The translations under genes were made by a program, and so were the position numbers. A DNA stretch of 15,500 nucleotides from Octopus sinensis (Eukaryota), in the NCBI RefSeq assembly GCF_006345805.1, contig NW_021825441.1, positions 1 through 15,500 of the forward strand. The letters are read 5' to 3'. This document shows positions 10,276 to 15,500 of the stretch, piece by piece. Below the pieces are notes generated by a model. That model had not been told where the DNA came from, made no database searches, and worked only from the letters and a program-made list of their open reading frames with translations. Each line of letters opens with the position of its first letter. Position 1 is the first letter of the stretch.

Positions 10276-10605
10276 AAGATAGATGCAAATAGGCCAGACA
10301 TCATATTGAAAGATTTCAGGCAAAGAACATGCCTCCTCATTGATATGACTGTCCCAATCGATATAAACGTATCTGTCAAGACCTACCAAAAACTGAGCAA
10401 ATATAAAGATCTTGAAATAGAAATCAGCAAAATGTGGAACCTGAAGACCAAAACAATACCTGCTGTCATAGGTGCCCTGGGAATAATAGCAAAAGGGGCT
10501 GATTGATACCGAACTCAGATACCAGGAAACCCCAAAATGGCAGAAATTCAAAAGATAGTGCTCATGGGAACTGCTCATATCCTACGCAAAATACTTTCTA
10601 TGTAA
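10276..10605 (+). pseudogene. Restriction-like (PD-(D/E)xK) endonuclease domain remnant of an R4/Dong ORF
   Basis: KIDANRPDIILKDFRQRTCLLIDMTVPIDINVSVKTYQKLSKYKDLEIEISKMWNLKTKTIPAVIGALGIIAKGAD*YRTQIPGNPKMAEIQKIVLMGTAHILRKILSM*. RPD, LIDxxVP, KxxKYxDL and IPxVIGALG motifs; premature TGA at 10504-10506. Confidence 0.88.
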
Positions 10606-10794
10606 TCTCAGGGTTTAAAACAAACATAATTTTCGTGTTTTTTTTTTTGACATTCACTAGTACAACACCAAAACAAAAACAAATATATGGCACACTAGGC
10701 ATAACAGTAACATGTACTTCCAACCTGTTGTCTCTTGAGGTCCCTGGGTGAGACTTGGAGCCAACTTGTACAGATATAAAGCAAAAGTCAAACA

Positions 10795-10797
<3 letters not shown>
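10276..10797 (+). mobile_element. R4/Dong-clade non-LTR retrotransposon, 5'-truncated (lineage 2): endonuclease C-terminus plus 3' UTR
   Basis: Flanked on both sides by (AAT)n. ORF remnant 10276-10605, ~190-bp 3' UTR ending ACACTG-(AAT)n. Confidence 0.88.
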
Positions 10798-10836
<39 letters not shown>

Positions 10837-10876
10837 CATAATAACAACACAACAACAAAACACAACAACAACAAAC

Positions 10877-10940
<64 letters not shown>
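10798..10940. repeat. (AAT)n/(AAC)n microsatellite
   Basis: Direct inspection. Confidence 0.95.
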
Positions 10941-10942
<2 letters not shown>

Positions 10943-11063
10943 TCAAATTACGATGAACGTAAACAAACAAACGAAGTTTGCCTTTAGAAGCGTTGAGATG
11001 TCTTAGAAAGTTAAAGAAGTGATTTCAAATTCTCAAACGCAGGATAATGCTAATACTATAGTA

Positions 11064-12208
11064 TTTAGTAAAATAACTTAGTTATCACTAAGCTAGTGTT
11101 AGGAACATAAATTGCAACTAAGGTTTGGTGGAAGATTTTGATTTAAAACTTATGAAAACAAGACATTTGTACTACAGAGCCAGAGCCAGCTTCAGCCGGG
11201 TTGGTATCAAAAGGGTTAAGAATTGATTCTCTATTATATATTTTAACCCTTCTGTTACAATATTTCTGTTGAGATGCTCTGTGTTTCTTTCAATTAATTT
11301 TAAATATAACAAAGAATTTAGTAAAATAACTTAGTTATCATTCAGCTAGTGTTAGGAACATAAATTGTGACTCTTGGTGGAAGATTTTAATTCAGAACTT
11401 ATGAAAACAAGACATTTGTACTACAGAGCCAGAGCCGGCTTCAGCCAGGTTGGTATCAAAAGGGTTAAGAATTGTTTCTCTATTATATATCTTAACCCTT
11501 TTACCATATTTCTGTTGAGATGCTCTGTGTTTCATTCAAATAATTTTATATATAACAAAGAATTTAGTAAAATAACTTAGTTATCATTCAGCTAGTGTTA
11601 GGAACATAAATTGTGACTAAGGTTTGGTGGAAGATTTTAATTCAAAACTTATGAAAACAAGACATTTGTACTCAGAGCCGGCTTCAGCCAGGTTGGTATC
11701 AAAAGGGTTAAGAATCGATTCTCTATTATATATTTTAACCCTTTTGTTACCATATTTCTGTTGAGATGCTCTGTGTTTCATTCAATTAATTTTAAATATA
11801 ACAAAGAATTTAGTAAAATAACTTTGTTATCATTCAGCTAGTGTTAGGAACATAAATTGTGGCTAAGGTTTGGTGGTAGATTTTGATTTAAAACTTATGA
11901 AAACAAGACATTTGTACTACAGAGCCAGAGCCGGCTTCAGCCAGGTTGGTATCAAAAGGGTTAAAAATATCATGGTGACTTTAGCCCTTTTGTTACCGTA
12001 TTTATTTTGAAATGCTCTGTTTCTTTCAATTAATTTTAAATATAACAAAGAATTTAGTAAAATAACTTAGTTATCATTCAGCTAGTGTTAGGAACATAAA
12101 TTGTGACTAAGGTTTGGTGGAAGATTTTGATTTAAAACTTATGAAAACAAGACATTTGTACTACAGAAGCAGAGATGGTTTCAGCCGGGTTGGTAACGAA
12201 AGTGTTAA
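11064..12208. mobile_element. Tandem array of a ~220-bp TTAA-flanked (piggyBac-type) MITE: one 5'-truncated copy and four complete copies, period about 243-253 bp
   Basis: Copies 11064-11219, 11243-11468, 11492-11711, 11735-11964, 11981-12208. Each is TTAA-CCCTTTTGTTACCA...TGGTATCAAAAGGG-TTAA or a variant (about 14-bp TIR). Confidence 0.85.
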
Positions 12209-13356
12209 TAAATTCGTTCGAGGACAGCACTTGTCTCTCCACTCTCACTTTCCTTAGTCGATGAGGGCTTTACCAAAGAGGAATGTCTCAGTCCTCATTC
12301 CTTTCAGTTTCGTCCACCAGACAACCTCTTTCGCAACAGCCACCAGGTAAAGGAAAACTGTCTTGCCTGCCTGATTAAAGGAGGACGGTGAGGTAATCAT
12401 CGTTATGGATTCGCCCGACTGACCGATCCGTCCCACACGCGACAGCAGCTGTTCGACATAACTCGACGAGTCAGCAACGTCCAGGCACGGAACGAATGCA
12501 TACGGAACGGTTTCCTCACTCTGCGCTTACCTCGGACAAGCCCCTCTTACAGCACATCCACGTCTGTAAAGTTTATCTCGAACTGGAAGCGCTCCTCGGT
12601 AGCACTGCCACGGCGGCGAGCTGCCAGAAACGTTAGCACGCCGGGCGAAATGCGTAGCCGTATTTCGTCTATCGCTACGTTCTGAGTTCAAATTCCGCCG
12701 AGGTCGACTTTGCCTTTCATCCATTCGGGGTCGATTAAATAAGTACCAGTTACGCACTGGGGTCGATATAATCGACTCAATCCGTTTGTCTGTCCTTGTT
12801 TGTCCCCTCTGTGTTTAGCCCCTTGTGGGTAATAAAGAAATAGATATTTCGTCTGCCGCTACGTTCTGAGTTCAAATTCCGCCGAGGTCGACTTTGCCTT
12901 TCATCCTTTCAGGGTCGATAAATTAAATACTAGTTACGCACTGGGATCGACGTAATCGACTTAACCCCTTTGTCTGTCCTTGTTTATCCCCTCTGTGTTT
13001 AGCCCCTTGTGGGTAATAAAGAAATAGATATTTCGTCTGCCGCTACGTTCTGAGTTCAAATTCCGCCGAGGTCGACTTTGCCTTTCATCCATTCGGGGTC
13101 GATTAAATAAGTACCAGTTACGCACTGGGGTCGATATAATCGACTCAATCCGTTTGTCTGTCCTTGTTTGTCCTCTCTGTGTTTAGCCCCTTGTGGGTAG
13201 TAAAGAAATAGGTAGCACTGCCACGGCAAGGACATCTGGGAATTATCCATGGTGGTTCCTAACTGGAAAGACCTCCGGAACAGACTCACCAGTTCATTTT
13301 CGTTGACTCCCAGAGTCTCCCCGAAGAACGCCGTCGCACTCTCCTCGCCACTATAT
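12209..13356 (-). pseudogene. L1/Tx1-type LINE ORF2 C-terminal remnant (zf-RVT-like), split by the SINE C trimer
   Basis: Removing the trimer and one TSD copy gives a continuous frame: ...NSQMSLPWQCYRGALPVRDKLYRRGCAVRGACPR*AQSEETVPYAFVPCL...FLYLVAVAKEVVWWTKLKGMRTETFLFGKALID*. The W...LP...L..RG...CPxC...ET..H.F..C pattern has degenerate Cys/His positions. Confidence 0.75.
12612..13212 (+). mobile_element. SINE family C trimer: 49-bp tRNA head plus 3 x 184-bp units within one TSD
   Basis: Units start TATTTCGTCT at 12661, 12845 and 13029, each with B box GAGTTCAAATTCC. TSD GGTAGCACTGCCAC(GGC) at 12598-12611 and 13211-13224. Confidence 0.92.
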
Positions 13357-13575
13357 CCTTTCTTTTTTACGCACAAGTCCTGAAATTTTGTGGGAGGTAG
13401 CGGTGGGTTGTGGTGGTGGGGGTGGGGGGTGGGGTTAGTCGATTACATTGACCCCAGTGTGTAACTGGTATTTCTTTCATTGACCCTGAAAAGATGGAAG
13501 GCAAAGTCGACTCCCGGAGAATCTGAAGCCAGAAGCTATTCGGCGCGGTAACGATTCTGCCATCAGCTCATTGCC
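13357..13575 (-). mobile_element. SINE family C, diverged copy with internal deletion (tail type 3)
   Basis: Reverse complement carries GGC..TGAGCTG head, GTCGACTTTGCCTTCCATC, and tail AAATTTCAGGACTTGTGC. Confidence 0.7.
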
Positions 13576-13578
13576 TAA

Positions 13579-13587
13579 GGTAGTAGT

Positions 13588-13640
<53 letters not shown>
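13579..13640. repeat. (TAG)n microsatellite (tail of the adjacent minus-strand SINE)
   Basis: Direct inspection. Confidence 0.95.
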
Positions 13641-13824
13641 CCTTTCTACTATTGGCGCAAAGCCCTGAAATTTTGAGGGAGGGGAACTAAGTCGATCACT
13701 GGTACTTATTTAATCGACCCCGAGAGGATGAAAGGCAAAGTCGGCCTCGGTGGAATTTGAACTCAGAACGTATAGACGGACGAAATAGCGCTAAACATTT
13801 CGCCCGGCATGCTAACCTTTCTGC
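13641..13824 (-). mobile_element. SINE family C copy (tail type 3)
   Basis: Reverse complement: GCAGAAAGGTTAGCATGCCGGGCGAAATG...GAGTTCAAATTCCACCGAGG...GTAGAAAGG. Confidence 0.82.
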
Positions 13825-13940
13825 AATCTCACTACCTTAATAATAATAATAACAACAACAACAATAATAACAATAATAATAATAATAATAATGATAATAA
13901 TAATAATAATAATAATAATAAAATAATAATAATAATAATA

Positions 13941-14340
13941 ATTTCAAATTTTCCCACAGGGGCAGCCATTTTGGAGTGCAGAGAACGAGTCGATTACATC
14001 AACTTCCGTATATCACTGGTATTTAGTTTATCGATTCCGAAAGGATGAAAGGCAAAGTCAACCTCGGCGGAATTTGAACTCAGAACGTAATGAGTTGAAC
14101 TCAGAGCGTATAGTGGCAGATGAAATACCTATTTCTTTACTGCCCACAAGGGGCTAAACATAGAGGGGACAAACAAGGACAGACAAACGGATTAAGTCGA
14201 TTATATCGATCCCGGTGCGTAACTGGTACTTAATTTATAGACCCCGAAAGTATGAAAGGCAAAGTCGACCTCGGCGGAATTTGAACTCAGAAAGTAGCGG
14301 CAGACGAAATACTGCTAAACATTTCGCCCGTCGTGTTAAC
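13941..14340 (-). mobile_element. SINE family C heterodimer (type-1-tail unit 14340-14128 fused to a headless type-2-tail unit 14127-13941)
   Basis: Minus-strand junction GAAATAGG|TATTTC at 14122-14135, the same junction position as in the trimer. Short duplication of TTGAACTCAGA.CGTA at about 14074-14110. Confidence 0.8.
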
Positions 14341-14364
14341 AATAATAATAATAATTGTTGTTGA

Positions 14365-14460
<96 letters not shown>
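14341..14460. repeat. Compound (AAT)n-(GTT)n-(ATT)n microsatellite
   Basis: Direct inspection. Confidence 0.95.
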
Positions 14461-14673
14461 GGCGGTGAGCTGGCAGAAACGTTAGCACGCCGGGCGAAAT
14501 GCTCAGCGGTATTTCTTCTGCTGCTACGTTCTGATTTCAAATTCCGCCGAAGTCGACTTTGCCTTTCATCCTTTCGGAGGTCGATGAACTAAGTACCAGT
14601 GATACACTGGTGTGGATATAATCGACTGGTCCCCTCCCCATAAATTTCAGGCCTTGTGCCTATAGTAGAAAGG
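14461..14673 (+). mobile_element. SINE family C, full-length monomer (tail type 3)
   Basis: Head GGCGGTGAGCTGGCAGAAACGTTAGCACGCCGGGCG, B-box-like GATTTCAAATTCC, tail TTTCAGGCCTTGTGCCTATAGTAGAAAGG then (ATT)n. Confidence 0.88.
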
Positions 14674-14708
<35 letters not shown>

Positions 14709-14733
14709 TATTATTATTATTATTATTATTATT

Positions 14734-15290
14734 GAGTGAGAGAGAGCAGTGCATGCCATCAAAGTGACACTGGGGTAAAATATACGAAGCCCAATATACC
14801 CATCATTACTACCTGTCTGATAAGGGTACACCAGACACATGCATCACAACCATATGTGCGCGACATGGTGATCTCATATCAAGATAAACAGCGCATGACT
14901 TTGCAGGTGGGGCCCAGTTAGAATTTTCTCCAGGTTGAGTAACCCATCCCGCTCAAAAGGTCCCTGAATAAGGGTTGTTTAAGGATGTTGAAAGAACCAC
15001 CCATGTTTCCAGAGGTGAATTATCGAAACTCCAAAGAATCCCTCTCAGCACATGGCTATGATGCTCCCCCACTACTTCTGCTCGTGATCAGAGATGCACA
15101 TATCGTCAGCCACTAAGGGACATGCTCAACTGGTTACTGTCAAACAACTGACAAGCAAATCTGTGGTATTGAGAAGAATATTTGCTGTAGCCCATCTTTT
15201 TATACCAAGACAAAACAATATACCTGAAACACTCCAATCACTTAAGATCAAAAGCCACGAGAGCCACTGCCAGGTACTGCATCAGGGCAC
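14734..15290 (-). mobile_element. Retroposon-like family B, longest copy (557 bp), embedded in (TAA)n
   Basis: Colinear with 8383-8912 and extends further 5' (GTGCCCTGATGCAGTACC). ATT repeats on both flanks. No tRNA boxes or long ORF seen. Confidence 0.88.
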
Positions 15291-15309
15291 TATTATTTTA
15301 TTATGATTA

Positions 15310-15357
<48 letters not shown>

Positions 15358-15373
15358 CATTATTATTATTATT

Positions 15374-15500
15374 CAGTAGTTTTATTTTTATAGCGTGCTT
15401 TCACTTCACTACCGAGCGCAGCTCTGTGTGCCTTGGGTATGTGCTGTGATTTGTTGTGATGCTCTGATGGTTATTGTATGGAAAGTGTTCTGCGTATGAT
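15374..15500 (-). mobile_element. R4/Dong-clade element 3' end (lineage 3), running off the window edge
   Basis: Minus strand from the edge reads IIRRTLSIQ* (stop 15471-15473), parallel to HILRKILSM*. ~95-bp 3' UTR ending ACTACTG-(AAT)n. Only 9 codons are visible. Confidence 0.6.

Noticed and set aside
11064-13212. Regular repeats as a CRISPR-like array
   Set aside because: Units are 184-250 bp without unique spacers, are explained by MITE and SINE structure, and the context is eukaryotic with no cas genes.
15075-15109. CTGACGA hammerhead-core-like heptamer in family B (minus strand)
   Set aside because: Followed by GAAG rather than GAAA, and no stem II adjacent to the core can be drawn.
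15394-15436. Strong-looking plus-strand acceptor (TTTTTATAG) and donor (GG|GTATGT)
   Set aside because: They lie in the antisense 3' UTR of the R4/Dong fragment; only 43 nt with no other support.

Overview
AT-rich, repeat-saturated eukaryotic DNA with no prokaryotic features. The SINE and microsatellite landscape most resembles an octopus/coleoid cephalopod genome (inference from repeat style, not verified). Nearly all long ORFs in the supplied track are microsatellite artefacts. The window holds: (i) one well-supported internal coding exon (1436-1576, +, phase 1-1) plus two weak flanking exon candidates; (ii) three copies of tRNA-derived SINE family A and about seven loci of tRNA-derived SINE family C, including a 3x184-bp A-B-A trimer inside one TSD; (iii) five copies of a ~557-bp non-coding, non-tRNA retroposon-like family B with (AAT)n tails; (iv) three divergent 3' fragments of R4/Dong-clade restriction-like-endonuclease retrotransposons, all ending in (AAT)n; (v) a decayed L1/Tx1-type ORF2 C-terminus; (vi) a 435-bp MITE with 29-bp TIRs; (vii) a tandem array of a TTAA/piggyBac-type MITE; (viii) an old, degenerate 160-290-bp tandem array; (ix) a Penelope-like fragment with a minimal hammerhead-ribozyme-like motif. 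All alignments and translations were done by eye, so boundaries may be off by a few bases.
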